A stretch of 55,572 bases of DNA, filler included, from Asterionella formosa (GCA_002256025.1; 5 parts of 5 records of this genome joined end to end with filler, not necessarily neighbours in it), one strand, 5' to 3'; shown: positions 34,765 through 50,179, counted from the whole stretch's first letter. Translations and numbers: made by a program. Notes: generated from the letters alone by a model not told the origin.

Positions 34765-35971
34765 ATGAGTGGCAAAAATGGTTGGGAAGGACTTGGAGGC
34801 CCGGTCCGCTTAGATGAGGTGCAACAACATGGAATTGATCCTGGCTTGGAGGATTGTTGTCGACGAGAGGTACGTAGCTCCCTTCGAGAGAGCCATGACT
34901 GTGTAGGGCCTTGTCGTGGATGATGCTTACAAGCTCTATTCGTTTTGAAACTTGTGAATAATTCAAACAATCAAGATTGAATCCAATCGCATCAGATCCG
35001 CCTTGGAATCGACGCTACGGCGTCACGATGTAACCATCTTGGCCGAGCGTCGACGACGACATCTGATCCCTAATCTGTTTTGGGGGGACGGTTGCCGCTG
35101 TTGTTATGACCCAAACAGTGATGGCGGAGAATATCGCACCCTCATTGAGCTTCGCGAGGATGAGCAACCGACCAACGACGACGAAGTCGAACCGGCCGGG
35201 AAGGACGGTACAGGAAGAGATGACGACGAATCGGATGACGAATTTGATTATTTGTTGGACGAAGACTTGCCGGAAGATGATGGACTCAAGGAAGCAGAAG
35301 AACACAGGCGAGCAGAACTTGAATTTCAGCTGTTAGTCCAAGAGTCTGCGTTTCAGCATGGATACGGAACTCATCGTCAACTGCACCCCACCAGAGTCTT
35401 GAAGGCGGCCGGCCTGGCATCTTCGAAGCTACCACCCCATGCTGTAGTGCTGCATTTATTCGACCCAGACTCCTATGCTTCAGCTCGACTGGACCTGACG
35501 TTAGAAGGTTTGGCCAATAGGTACCGAGGTACTAAATTTATCCGCAGCGGTGGTCGATCGACACTTCTCTTGGACGCGGATTTGGCAAAACAAGCGTTTC
35601 CTAGGCTGCGACCAGATACTGAAATGCCCGCTCTGGTGGCCATTCGAGACGGTGTCGTCATATCAATATCTCCTCATCTTCAAGGTCTTGCCAAAGGCGA
35701 CGACGTTGACGCTGGTGCAGTGCGAGATTGGCTAGACAAGGCAAATGTGTTGGTTGAAAGGACTCCAAATTTTGATGACGTATGTGGCATTCGACCCGAA
35801 GAGGAAGCCTTGATTGATAATATGATTGCAGCCAAATTGCGAGAAGGGGAACGCTTCAATTGTGGAGTTCCAACTTGTCAAAAGACTTTTCCTCATGAGC
35901 ACGTGGGCGTTCAGAACCAAGAACAGAGTGGTCGCATCCTTTCCGACGAGGAAATTCTTGGTGGAAATTAA
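34765..35971 (+). CDS. Phosducin/thioredoxin-fold-like protein, 2 exons (34765-34869, 34976-35971)
   Basis: GTACGT...TCAAG intron keeps the frame. Acidic DDEFDYLLD segment, then VVLHLFDPDSYASARLDLTLEGLANRYRGTKF and MPALVAIRDG. Cys/His motifs at both ends. Confidence 0.7.
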
Positions 35972-36188
35972 GATACGGCCGAGCTTGACTATCTTGCAAT
36001 GCTCCTAGGATTTGAAAGCGGACGAAAGACACATATTGGTTGCTACCTTATTTGACAAAACAATTTGACCATAAAGACAATTCCTATCCTCATCGCTGTA
36101 TTAGCCTCTCTGATTATCTGAAAACAACTTGAGCGACAATATATTGACTATACATCATTAATGTAGCGAAATCCTGGAGGAAGCAATT

Positions 36189-37589
36189 TTATCGTCGTGA
36201 TTTACCAATGTTCTTCGGTACAGCTCCATCATTATGTTTCGGTTTAGCTTTGCAGTCCTTGTTCTTCGGTCGACGTTCCCGAACGATTGTTTCGACCGAT
36301 TGTTCTTCTGGAATACCCCACAACTGGGCCAGTGAGTTCGCCATTGCTTTCGCCTGGCTTCGTTGACCCTCAAAGACACCAATACTCACACATGGAAGTT
36401 TCCAGATCGGCATAGATGCCAACTTTTCGGAATCAATGTTGATTTCAAATTCTGCTTGGCAATCCTCATCTTCAGAGGGGTCGTCATCGGTGATTTCAAT
36501 GGTGTTGTCCTCGATGTAATCTCCTCGAAGCTCCATTCCTGCTTTATGCGCTTCATCCAAAATCTCAGCCTTCCACTGGATCATGAGATCGTCGAACACA
36601 CCTGCATCTTCGAAAATTCCATGAATACGCAGCGGCGACAGATCCACAATCACATTGTCCAAAGGGCGTCCCCCCGTCGCCTTGCACACGACAATCTGGG
36701 GCTTCTCTCGAGTATCGCACCATTCTCGGTGCGCGTTGGCCAATGGCGATGCTCGTCGACCTCGACGAAATCCAGTGCTGGCTAAGGTTACGTAGCCCTT
36801 CTTGACAGCTCGTTCCATCTCACGAGAATCGACTTCGCTCAACTTTGACGATTTCTGCATATCTTGTCCGGCCTTCTTCGTCTTTTTTTTCTTTGGGGCC
36901 TTCCTTGTAGTGTCCACTTCATTTCCCCTGGCACGGCGCAGGGTGTTGACCTTTCCGTCTCGTGTTTTCTTCGCTTCTCCGCAAAGGTAGTTGACTAATC
37001 GTTCAGGAACTCGCACACGTTTGAAGTTGGGTCGATCGCGGATGCATTCCAGTCGCAGAGGTCTTCCCATGAGCTCATATCCATGGAAACGAATGAGAGC
37101 ATTCTTTGTATTGCATTGAGAGTCAAACGTAACCGTCAGAACAAAAAATTTGGATATCCAATGCCATTAATTTCGTTTCCAAGAACAAACAGCACATACC
37201 TCTTTTTCTTCCACTGATGGAAAGGTCACAAAACCGTATTCAAGGGATTCATAAGACACTTTGCGGGCGACGCAGGCAGGAAGGTAGCTAAGCTTACTCA
37301 CAGTCTGAAAGAGGTTGCTAAGATCGTCATCCTTGACGAATTCGCAAAGATTCCCAACAAAGAGGGTAGTGTCTACTATGCTGTCCGGTAGGGGCACCAT
37401 TTCATACCGTTCTCCTCCTACCAGGACTTCCTTGTAGTCTGCATCTCGAATGTTTGATACAAAGAGCTTTGACGCTGTATTCCGCGGACGCATTGACCGA
37501 AGCGAGAAGGCGTTTCCTTCGTATGGGAGCTCACAAATTGTGGCTAGCACCACGAACAACGATGTCGCTTGAAATGCGGTCCACTTCAT
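36189..37589 (-). CDS. RRM-domain RNA-binding protein, probably plastid-targeted; intron 37104-37199
   Basis: Signal peptide followed by GNAF-SLR. RNP2 LFVGNL and RNP1 EYGFVTF. GTATGT...AAAG intron completes the RRM in frame (NALIRFHGYELMGRPLRLE). Confidence 0.85.
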
Positions 37590-39152
37590 ATTGATAGAAG
37601 GCAGTCTGAGAATCCGTAATATCGCTTCTCTTAGGGTTAAAGTAGACTATGAAAAATATTGCAGCAGACAAATTAGATCCTGATCCCTGAAATGGTATGG
37701 TCAGAGCAACAACAACCTAACATGGAGTTCAGTGTGAGCGGAAGTGAGAAACTGAAAATAAGAGAAAGAATGCATGACCATAAGCAAAGTGGTACATAAA
37801 ATATATTCATATATGAATGGTAAACCACTTCAGTACCAAAAGGGCTAGGTCAGAGGGCGAACAGTACCTATGCAATAGGCAATGATCCATTGCAGCTACA
37901 TACATAAAGAGCAGCACAAGTGCAAATACAGTTGTGTAGAGTTTACTCACTCTCACTAGTTATGCCTTCTGTAATATACGGCGCGACCAGGCATCCAGAT
38001 GCGTCGACGTGTAAAAATACCGGTAAACGAACGACATGGCTGCATAATGCATCCATGCTACCGTTAATACCCGGTACCTGGTACCTGGTACCAGCACGAG
38101 GTACCTGGTACCAGGTAATCATCAGTCAAACTCATGTCGTAGGGTTAAGGGAACAAGGAAAGATTCTGTAACACAAGCCGTTTCACATCCGAATCTTTCC
38201 TTCTTTGGTAGTTTACGTGTTCTACCGGCAGCCGCTGTTTTCATACGCATGTGTAAAGCTTTGCATATACCGGTAGCTACAGGTCGCTCCAAGTTGCCGT
38301 AAATGAGCAATTTAGCTGTTTTTTCCTTTTCGTAAACACCGACTTCACCACAACTCACTAGTACTCCTACCTCCAAGTTGCAATCATTTTGCTGAAACTG
38401 AAATGCAGGAATGGCGGGAACTCAAAATAGTCTCCTACAGTAAGACTACTTTGACATTTACAAATTCCTAATGGTTTCGCTGGCCCATTAATTTCAATTT
38501 TATCAAAATCAAATTTCAAAGAATGATTTTGTGAAAAATCCAGTTTCCCAAACCTTTCTACCATTGGGGGAATGAGTTTCACCCTAAAATAGTTACTGCC
38601 AAAGCGAATTCCAGCATGATAATATTCAAAACAATTAGACCACAAATAAAAGAAGGTAACCATCATTGTCCACGCTGGCCAGCATATTTATTCAAGTCTT
38701 GGATCAGCAGACATGAATATCTACAATGTCCAAATCATCATTTCGGCAAATTCACTGCAACTTGCAGGTACCAGGAACATCATAACCCTGGTAGACTTTA
38801 CATATGGTACAAAGTACTGCAATGATAGACGTCCTTACAATTATAGATATTGGATATTTACCTACTACCTGAACATTTGCTACTGATACACTACTACCAT
38901 GGTAAATCCGAAGAGAGGAACACACAATTGTGCATACAGACCGTATTATAGTATAAAGTAGTAATAACATATAGTATGATATGATATTTATGAATTCCTG
39001 ACATGCCTGCTGATCCAATACTTTAATAAATATGCTGGCCAGTTTGGGCATCATGGTTGTCGTCTTTCATTTGTGGCATGATCATTTTGAATACAGGAAT
39101 GAAAGTCTGGTCAAACACAGAACAAGACAAATACAGACCTCCTTTCCAGCAA

Positions 39153-39215
39153 CATTGTGCTTCCCCCTGTTCTCTCTCTCTCTCGCTCTCCAGCGATATT
39201 GTGCTTCCCCCCTGT

Positions 39216-39251
<36 letters not shown>

Positions 39252-39259
39252 TATATTAT

Positions 39260-39292
<33 letters not shown>

Positions 39293-39345
39293 CGTCTCTC
39301 TCTTGTCTCTCTCTCGTCTCTCTCTCTCTCTATCTATCTCTCTCC
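39153..39345. repeat. Compound (CT)n/(AT)n microsatellite
   Basis: Directly visible, with a duplicated attgtgcttcccc.ctgttctctct lead-in. Confidence 0.95.
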
Positions 39346-39979
39346 TTTTGCTTACCAGTCATTCAATACGCTGCCTTGAACCAGCTTCTACCATTCCTTC
39401 AGCTATCAATTCATTTGACTGTAGCATTTCATTCATCTGAATATCGATGCCTTCTTAATAACCTTGTTCTTAGTATCCCAGATATTCTTCCATCTATTAA
39501 TCCATCTTTCAATTCTCCTGACCCCACAAGCATCAAATATCTATTCAAGTCTTTCTCCAACCCTGTTCCTTCACACTGTCTTATCAACATTCTTGACCAT
39601 AATCTAAGTGCAGCATGGGCTTCTTGCCTGACATACACCCATTACAGTTACAAAAATATCCTCCATACTCTAAGAGCCACATGGGCTCCTTGCCCGGCTC
39701 AACTGTCCTACATTTACAGTCCTGGCCATCTGGGACACAGTGCAACGCAAAGAACTCCACCATAGACAAGGCTCTATAAAGCATACTTAGAAATTTACTT
39801 TGCAACTATACATACATAAATATAATTTATTCAGCATCAGTATGTGTTGAGGTGTTATGTGGGCTGGGAGAAGGACGAGAATGAGGCGCTCTCACCATCC
39901 TGGGTATAGTCATTGAAGGTGAAGTGGTATGCCATTTGCAGAAACTCGGGCTTTGAAAGCCCATTGTCCACAAATGTCT

Positions 39980-40409
39980 CAATTCCACAGCCATTGGCAC
40001 ACTGTACTTGGCTTTTGTTTCTCAAGCCAGAACATATCCGCGTTTGGATGCTAGTTTGAGCAAAAAGATGCCTCATTCAAAATCCTGATGGCAAAACGTT
40101 TGATCATACCCAACATGCTGTAGACAGCCTCAAGATTACCGCCCGTGCGAAAGGCATCAATACAGCAGCTGCAGTGGCAGCAGTATCGTGCTCTTGAATA
40201 ATGCCATGATTCCTTCCTGTTTCCGAATCTCTCCCCAGCGTTACACCCACCAGCATCGCGTCACAGTTAGATTTTGGATGAAATTGTTGACAGGTGGTTT
40301 GAAGGGTGAAATGATGTTCTGTTGATCCCATAAACAGGATCCAGTGCCCAACCACGTCGTCTGGAATCAATCCCAGCAGACTTATTTGGAGCTTACTCTC
40401 ATGTCTCAC
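39980..40409 (-). pseudogene. Degenerate fragment of an F-box-like/Sel1-like protein gene
   Basis: LIPDDVVGHWILFMGSTEHHFTLQTTCQQF is F-box-like. It is followed by GIIQEHDTAATA...PFARA and frameshifts. Confidence 0.4.
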
Positions 40410-40799
40410 TACGATTTTTCAAGGTCCTTACATTCCTCTTACCTACTAGCCTTCTAAGCTATATTTCCTAGACCTACTCACCCTGAATTGCTCAAAATAC
40501 GGCACTCGAGCGAGGGTGCCAGAGTTGATGTTAGCAAGACTGCCCGCATTAGTACAGTGACTTCATCCATACATCACTCAAACCAGCGAAGCCCAACATT
40601 TGACAGACTGTGACTTTCGCTAATGGGTGGCCGGTTTGCAATTGGAACTCTACCAGTGCCACCTTGACAATATTTTTCAATCAACTCATGATGTTTTCTA
40701 TGAAAATAGCAACAAACGAAGAACACTCTTTGCTTGGAGATGGCCCAAGAACATAATTAGTGAATGTGCTTATATTCCTTACAAATCTAACCTAGACAC

Positions 40800-41630
<831 letters not shown>

Positions 41631-42959
41631 GATTGAAGAAGTATTTCTTGTTCCGTGTTTCTTAATTTACTTTTTGTTGTTACAAAATTTATGACTAAAA
41701 GTCTGGGATTTTGTTGTGTGAAAAAAGCCGCCTGTTGTGTTCTGTTCTTCGGGTCATGCATACTTCGAAATCCATGGAAGAATGTTTGAACGTTGAGTTC
41801 TACGTATTCCAGTATATCATAGCCGAAATAGAGTACTGGTATCAGAATCGCTCTCGTGTTGCTTCTTGTTTGGCAGCATTGCCAAAATCTTAAAAATAAC
41901 GAATATAAGGTCTGAACACGACCAGAACAACTCCACTGTCACGATTTGCCAACGACTTTTGGCGCCTTGATCGTGTATGTACATATTCATGATTTGACCT
42001 TGGTTCGCCATGCGTTGAGCTTACGTTGAAACTTGAAAACTATCACTAACCCTACACACACATGTTAATCTTAGGAACCCAAAAATATTTTACACATCGG
42101 TGGTAGGTTATTGCACACACCGGTATTGGTATCATTTGTACATAGGTACTTCGAAAACATGTCGAGCAGCATACGATATACATCGATGTGAATAATGGCT
42201 CCTGGGTGTGCATAATCGGAGAACATATACCGGTGTATTACTTGTAAAAATCAACCAAAGTTGTATTTTTCTGTAGGCCTCAAGTATCGTTCTACTGCGG
42301 ATGGTAAATACCTTAACGGTATTTTTCCATGCTTGATGATCACGAGAAAATACAGTATTGTACAACAAAGAAAAAATCAACCCGGTTGCATTGATGACTA
42401 ATTCTCCTATCAAACAGGCGATGGGGAGAATACTGAACCTAAGCTGCAATTAGCGCTATCAAAGGGTACCACATAAAAAAGAAGAAGTGATCACAGAGCA
42501 ATATCCAACACAACTTGTTGGATGGGAAAAACTCAACATATTCCAGACAAGGATTACCCACTCAAGAATGACCAAAATGCATGCTGGTCCTACAGGCTGC
42601 TAGTACCAGGCACCTGCATGTCAGAAGACAGACCTCGCAGGAATACACTTAATGGTTTTCCCCATTGAGCATACACCCAAGACACCCTGAGGTATACCCA
42701 GAATTTACCAGTCCCCCCACAGTGGTAACCATGCCAGATGCCACTATGAAACGCTCCTCCATTGCAACAATAACGACCGGTTCTGCCAGTGATCTTCATC
42801 ACTCAGTCCATTTTGGGCTGTACCATATTCCAATTTGCAACCCACTGTCCCCCTATTTCATTTTGGAAAAGAACAGTAGTTATTGAACCTTGTTCTGCAT
42901 CAAACATCACTTAATATTGCTCTCAAGCAATGTTCCAATAGATAACAGAAACAACTTAA

Positions 42960-44446
42960 TATAAAACACTCCTGGCAAAATGATAAAATGGCACTCCAGT
43001 GAGTATTTTTGTTAGACCATCAGAGCAGTTAGCCTTACCAGGTTCATGTGCAACACACGCTGACCCGCATGCACAAGCCTCGCGACCGACACTTGTGATA
43101 AGCAATTGCATTATGCCTTTTATTCAATGTTATCAGGCCTAGTCACATTCTTTACCACACTCGCGTTTTCTCCAAACACATTTGCGGCACCATCAATGGG
43201 CACTCCCATCATACGTAACTTGTATCTGAAGGCGTCATTCATTTCAATAGCAATTTTCATCGCCACGAACTCACTCCCAAAAGTTGACGTTTCGACAGTA
43301 TTTTGCCTTTTGGAATACCACCTCACAGCAGCACCATTCAAGAATATCAATACCCCTGTTGTCGATCTACGGGTAGCGAGGCAAGTCGCATGCGCAGCAT
43401 CACAAAAGATGTTGATTTGTACCTCATTCCCAAGAGCCTCTGGTGCACCTGGTGGAATCAACTCTACAGAATCAGGGTAGAATTCTTTCCAATCAGCAAC
43501 ATCATACTAATCGACTGTAATCCAATCCCTATATGCTGGATCAAGTACAAGCCGTGACCTCAGATGCCCTTTCACATAACCAAATATGCGGAGCACTGCC
43601 TCCATGTGTCCCTCACGCGGAGCATTCCTAAATCTCGACATGAGTGCCACCGAATGCATCAAATCAATTCGCGCTAACTCAGTCGCCCATTGTAGGATCC
43701 CAATATAGCTAGTGTACAAGGATACATCATCCTCACTCAATAGGGGGCTGACATCAATCTCAGGATGGTATCCAGCTGGTAAGGCGGGTGAGGACGCCTT
43801 TCGGCATAACTTTTCATCCTCTTCTTCTTCAATAATCGGAATAGCCTTGGTGAGATAATCCTCTGCTGACATTGACCACGCCAATGACCCATCACCAAAT
43901 TGATACTGGCCAACCATTGCGCCTAGATAGCGGCAAGGTGTGGTCCCTGGATCTTCAACAACCTTAAGTGTAAAATAACAAGCTAATTCTTTGACTAACT
44001 CATCAGCTGCTGCTGAAATGAGCATAAAATCATCGACATAGACCAATGCATATTCATAGTATGCTGAGCCATCAAGTTTTGTTGCTTTCCTCAACCACAG
44101 ATCTGGATCAGCCTCACAAGCATAGAAATGCAAGTGGTCACATAACACAGAAGCCAGATGTGCCCGAAAAGCGGCACCAGCAGACTTCAGACCATAAAGA
44201 GCACGAACGATCTTCAGCACACGACCTTTCAGCGGGCCAAATTCGTCCCCTGCCACAACATAATAACGCTCTGTCACAGGCGCTGTCAAATAAGCATTCC
44301 CAATGTCTGTCAGCCGTAGATTTAATCCATTTAGACCGGCAACCAACAAGGCAATGCGAATTGTCTCCCTAGAAACGACACTTGAATATGTGATTGCCTT
44401 TGGGGGGTCAGTCCTACTATGACCTCCTGCCACATACCTAGCCTTG
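42960..44446 (-). mobile_element. Ty1/copia RT-RNase H fragment, degenerate and cut by the contig end
   Basis: DIGNAYL, RALYGLKSAG, YVDD; RNase H FCDAAHA, STFGSEF, GENASV. One in-frame stop at 43507. Confidence 0.93.
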
Positions 44447-44546
44447 NNNNNNNNNNNNNNNNNNNNNNNNNNNNNNNNNNNNNNNNNNNNTTAATTAATT
44501 AANNNNNNNNNNNNNNNNNNNNNNNNNNNNNNNNNNNNNNNNNNNN
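44447..44546. other. Artificial contig linker
   Basis: N, TTAATTAATTAA, N; 100 nt. Confidence 0.98.
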
Positions 44547-45079
44547 AGAGCAAAGGCAGGCAAGATAGCAGAGTGAGAACTATATTTGTGAGGACGAAAT
44601 CGGGCATACAGTATGTAAAATCAATCAATATGTGAATGATAAATTCAACATTTCAGGTCTCGTAAAAATAATACCGAGTCTACAGAGATAAAATTTTAAC
44701 GTTTTCAAAGTAAGCTTTAAAGAATAGGTTAAACCATGCATGGTTGTTTGTAGTACCACGTACATATGTAGACTAGATGTCTGCCGGTACCGGTAGAATA
44801 TCCGTTTTTAAGCATCATCACATGCATGACCGGAGCAAAAAACTTGCCACCAACAGCAGATGTATCGATATCATCATTTGTCCGACGACATATGGACGAT
44901 GCGAGTACACGAATGCCTCAAGAAGGCAAGCAATCCAACAACCAACCGCATCCGTTAGACAAAGAATCGCTACTGGCGTCATCGCGGAACTGATTTCGCT
45001 TCAAACCGGTCATGATGGACGACGATTGGCATGGTGAAAGGTGAATTGCCGGAGTCCCCTTTTCAGGAGACCAACAAAA

Positions 45080-46000
45080 ACGAGGTGAATTCTAGTAGAT
45101 ATAAATTATTCAAATCTGTATAGTATATAAAATGGTTTCCTTAAGTAGACCCCTTGCCAATTTCGGCAATCCCAGGGCTGGAAAACCGAGGGGAAATTGG
45201 CGTCTGTTGTCTTGCCAAAATGCGAAAATGTGAAATATACAAAATATTTTTTAATGATGGGGGGCAATATCAGACCTTTGCCAATTTTCGAGGTGAAGAT
45301 AGGAAATATACGAAATATATTTTATATGATGGGCGATAGTAGGCTAAAATTGACATTTATGCTAAATTTGTGGGCAGTAGTAGGTAAGTGAATGACGCGA
45401 TGATAGCTAGAGCGGGAATTGCCTCAACAATACCCTTCTTGGCGGCTACTTGCCTTCTCTTATACATGTGTACTCGGCTGGGATGGCACTCGTAGGGTGA
45501 CCTTCTCACAACGGGTGCGACTCGTACGGCCAACCTACTTGTGCCACCCAGCCTCAAACACATGTATACTCGCAGGCCAGAGACCACCTTGGGCGTGTCT
45601 TGCCTTCAGCAATTCACAACCTAGCTATCGGCGCGCTTTCGCCACAACATTGCCCTTTCAGTTAACATTGAAAACCTTTTTTAGATAGTTTGTATGTTGG
45701 ATGCGAACTAGCCAATTGCCCTTCATATTAAAACATATATTGTATATTGTATATTTCATATTTTCAGTTTTTGAATTACTCAATCCTGCAATTGGCTGCC
45801 CATCATATAAAACATATTTTGAATTTATCATATGCTCGGCTTTTTGACGGCCAAACTAGTACCTTCAATATTTTCAATAGCCCCTAGATTTTATTGCCAA
45901 AATTGACTGCCATTTATTTAAGGGAATTTGAGTACTGATATCTATAGCCCCTCAACTGACTGCCATTTCCTTAAGGAAAATCGACTGCCAAAATTGGACG
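45080..46000. repeat. Longest copy of the dispersed inverted-repeat (MITE-like) family
   Basis: Contains reverse complements of 4905-5040, 5560-5810 and 10890-11045. Subterminal motifs tttatatgatgggc (about 45321) and gcccatcatataaa (about 45798) face each other. Confidence 0.7.
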
Positions 46001-46024
46001 AGAGTAGGAGGAGCTACATGAAGA

Positions 46025-46315
46025 CACAAAATGATGGTTTTCTGTAAAGTGTCGATGGCAATTCCACTATTTTCATCCCTGCTATCTTCCAGCATGCTCC
46101 GATTTATACATAATCTGGTCATTGATGTCTTAAGTATTGACTCTTCATCCTACACTATCTCAAATCAGATCTTGGCAGCGAGTTTTTGATGGTTTACTGT
46201 AAAGTGTCAATGGCAATTTGACTATTTACATCCCTGCTATCTTCCCGCATGCTCCGACGAATAACAACTCTGTTCATTGATGTCTCAAACATCGACTTTA
46301 TCAAATGGATCTGGC
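46025..46315. repeat. Diverged tandem duplication of about 110-160 bp
   Basis: tgatggttt..ctgtaaagtgtc.atggcaatt...catccctgctatcttcc.gcatgctccga at about 46032 and 46187. tacactatctcaaatcagatcttggcagc recurs at about 46150 and 46641. Confidence 0.7.
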
Positions 46316-47114
46316 TGGTTGTTGGATAATTCGACTTCTTATGGGATTCATGTGGTCGCATCGTGCTTGCTTCGTCACAGTGGCCCCAACATTTCGGTTC
46401 CCCTTTCTGTTGATTTCTGATAGCCTTTCCGGTCAACTCATTCGTTAGATTTGATATGTAGTGATAAATAAATTAATGATTGTTCAAAAGCGACATCAAT
46501 CAGTCGCTGAGTAACAAAACTGAAAACGTTATGGTAGGTCAAAGTTAGGCTTCCATCTCGCCATTGAACCGGTATTTTCGTCAGATATGATCAGCCATTA
46601 AATTTTAACTATATTTTTGTAGTATGTTTTCTACGTGTTCTACACTATCTCAAATCAGATCTTGGCAGCAAGTTTTAGTGCTCATGTGTTGGCTTTTTTT
46701 CCGCTGCCCTACAATAGCATTGTTTCATTGCTTTCTAATCACAATATTACTTTTGTTACTTCTGCATAATCTTCTACAATGACAAACGAAAAGTCGTCAA
46801 TCTCAATGACCTACTATCGCAAACTCCGCAAAGCAGCCAGAACAAGATGGAACCGTTGTTCTGCATTAACTCGTATTCAACAAGGAAGAGAGGACAGGTA
46901 TGTGCTTGTTGATTGTTGCTGTCATATTTGAGTTCCCGCCATAGTCTAGTATCATACTAAATATGAAACATATTTCTTTTTCTTCAAAACATTGATGAAG
47001 CACCTGTCATGCTACTCCTCTTCCACTTCCTGACAATGCAACAAATCAGTCTCCACTGGGCAAACCAGCTTGTCCAATGAGGTGAAGTATGTTGCCAATT
47101 GATTGTTGTTTTCA

Positions 47115-49400
47115 CAAGGTATGCCGACCTGTGGCTCACATCAGAGACTCAGATAGGCCCAGAGCTTGCTCACAGCCTCTATGCAAAAGGTTGCCCAATA
47201 TTGGGAACGTCTCTTGTTTGCTAGTGGGGGGGGGGGCACTTACTCTCCAAAAATGCTTTTATTATCTACTGGATTGGACATGGGACCAACATGGCTGCTC
47301 CACCCTTCTTCCCAATGCCTCTGCCTCTGCCCCAGCCCTCACCATCACTATGACATCTGGCCGATCACTTCACTGCTCCACCATCCCCCGCATAGAATGT
47401 ACTCAAGGCAAGCGCTCTCTTGCTGTCCGCGCTGCCCCAGATGGAACCTTCCTTCAGGAATTCGACTTCCGTCTCACCCAGGCCCGCCATTGGGCTGCCA
47501 ATATTTCGAAATCTCCCCTTACGCGCACTGAAGTCTTCACTGATTTCCACTCTATGTGGCGTCCGGCCATAGAGTACCCCCTCGCAGTCACTTCTTTCTC
47601 CCGCGACCAATGTCTCCAACTTCAAAAGGCTTACACAGGCACATTTCTCTCTCATATGGGAATCGTGAGCACCACCTCACGTGCTCTCATTTTCGGTTTC
47701 TCCACCCTCAGCGGATTCAATCTTCCGGAGCTGTGGGTCAGCCAAGGTACTTCCCATATCACTTATCTGCTTGGCTACCTCAATGCCGAGGATAATGTGG
47801 ACACTCTCCTTCGAATCATGCTTGACACCCTCCAACTTCACCGTGGGTTTCCTTTGTCCCCCCTCACTTATCCCTACAACTCCATTTCTCGGTATTTTGA
47901 TCCTTCATGGCTCTCCTCCACCTGGGATTTCATGACTGAAGCGTCAGCCCTCCTCACTCTCTCAGACCAATGGACCCTACCTCTTGACCGCCAGAATGAC
48001 TGCCACCTCATGCCCCAACAAGTCTCTCTTGCCGCCACTTTTTTCCTCGCTCTCTACCCCTGACCTGGACAAATTCAATCGCTGTCGACTATATCTTCAG
48101 GTTCTCCCCCTTTATGATATAGCTGACAGCTCTGGGAACACGATCGATACAGACTTCTGGAAGGGCTATAGAAATACAAGAATTTCCTCCCTCTCTTGGC
48201 CAAAACAGGCCCGTCCAGGTCTCACTAGCTGGACCATCTGGTGTCGCCTCCTTTGCCGCCTGTTTACTATAAAGAGTTGCTCCCCCATCTCAGACCTCAG
48301 AGCCGGCTCTATCCCTGGCTCCCATCCAGTCCCTTTCATCAACGGTGGCCTACCTACTTCCATCCTTGTCTCTCCAACGTTTTTTATTGCCGCCTCCCCT
48401 CTGAACCCACACTTTACTCCCCATACCGATGCAACTCCCGGCCGGTTTCGCTTCACTGTCATCACAAATAGAGTCTCCTCAGTCCTCCCCTCCTCTGCCA
48501 TACTACCCATCTCTGTCTTAATCTGGCTCCCCTCCCGTTAACCCCACTCTGTCTTCGCTGCTCCACCCTTTCCAAATACAATGACCATGCGCTGTGCTGC
48601 TCCACTGCCAGCCCCTTTCGCTCCGCCAAATGGCACACTGTTGCCTCTCATCTCAAACCAAACTAAAAACACCTTCTCACATTTTAATTGCTCTAAGCCA
48701 CGGACTTACTTCCTGGGAACACTGTTGCCTCTCATCTCAAACCAAACTAAAGACACCTTCTCACATTTTAATTGCTCTAAGCCACGGACTTACTTGCTGG
48801 GAGAACGGTGACCCTACCCCCACATGACCATTCCCCTCACCTCTCCCTACAGACGCTCTCCAATGGACAACTCACCAAGCCTACGCACAACAAACTGCAC
48901 TGGGCTGGAATCACCTCACATGAGGCCATTTATCTCTCTCCTGGGGCATTGGTATGGCCACCTACCACGCCATCAAATTTCCCGGCAAGTCTTATAACTC
49001 CTCCTATTGGCTAGGCCAACTCATAAATTCCCTCCGAGCCTATGCAATGGAACAGTGGAATCACCGCAACGATGCTGTTCATGGCGCCACTTTATCTGCC
49101 CAAAAACAACTACAAGTTCATCTCATTCATACCCAGCTTACTACAGCTTACCAAAATCAATCTCTTGTCCCATCCGACGAACACGGCCATCTATTTGGCC
49201 TGCCTCTTTCACTCAGATTGACTCACTCCCTCTCTGCCATAACAGCACCATGGTTAGCCATTTATCGAGCCGGTCAACTCCGCCTCGCATCTAAAATCCG
49301 ACAAGACAAATGCCGTCAAGGGACAATCCGTCAATTCTTGATCCGTCAAGTTCTCCTATGTAGGCCAGATTCTCCTGTCTAATCCATTATTTTCGACTAC
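47115..49400 (+). mobile_element. Degenerate 5'-truncated non-LTR (LINE-like) retrotransposon ORF2, region downstream of the RT core
   Basis: C-rich fragments MQKVAQYWERLLFASGGAL...K, WRPAIEYPL, FNRCRLYLQV and QWNHRNDAVHG, typical of diatom LINE ORF2 C-terminal halves. Several frameshifts and an 84-bp tandem duplication at 48635-48802. Confidence 0.75.
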
Positions 49401-49487
49401 TAGGGCGCCCCATGCCCCAGTGCGACCCAAAAATCTCCACCTTAGTCGAGCCTCTATAACGCGTACTTACAAATTTACTTATATCCT

Positions 49488-50175
49488 ATCTTCCATCCCA
49501 GTGGTTTTCAAACCACCACCAGGTCGGGATTTATGTGACTGTGACTGTTGTCTTCGTCATGCACTTCTTTGCTTTCGTCTGAGATATCTTCCATTCCAGT
49601 GGTTTTCAAACCACCAGGTCAGGATGTAAACAAGTTTCTTCTCAAGATGGAGTTCGCCGCAACGCCGCTCAAACTAGCCGAAAATTTGAGCACATGCCGT
49701 TTTTACGCAGTACTACCCGTATTCGATTCGAATAACGACACTGGTCTATGACGTTCGTTTTTGTACAAAGCGACTCCATCAGCCGCCATGGCTGTAGTTA
49801 TGTTCGAACAGCATAAAGGATGTCCTGTTATGGGTTTCGATACCGGTACCCATGCTGAGATTTGTCATTGTGGGTAAATTCCGTGGAAATGCTACAAATC
49901 ATTTTCCACACATGCAGCGACATAAAACAGTAGCAAAAAAATAGTGTGGCATGCTACGACCATAATCAATTTATTTACTAGCAATGTACTGGTACCCACA
50001 TTGATACACTGCCAAGCAAGGAATGTTTGTGTTGATGTAGAGGAGAAAAAAATATATATATTAACTTCAATTAACCATGCTCCTCCATGTTGAGACAAAA
50101 CTTGTTAACATCCCGACCCAGTGCTTTGAAAACCACTGGGATGGAAGATATATCAGACAAAAGCGAAGAAGTGCC
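49488..50175. repeat. Inverted repeat of about 90 bp (49561-49650 / 50086-50174) with an extra partial direct copy at 49488
   Basis: atcttccat.ccagtggttttcaaa occurs twice on the plus strand and once reverse-complemented (tttgaaaaccactgggatggaagat). Confidence 0.75.
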
Positions 50176-50179
50176 TGCA

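Noticed and set aside
39032..39765. ORFs of 115-202 aa
   Set aside because: They read through the CT/AT microsatellite.
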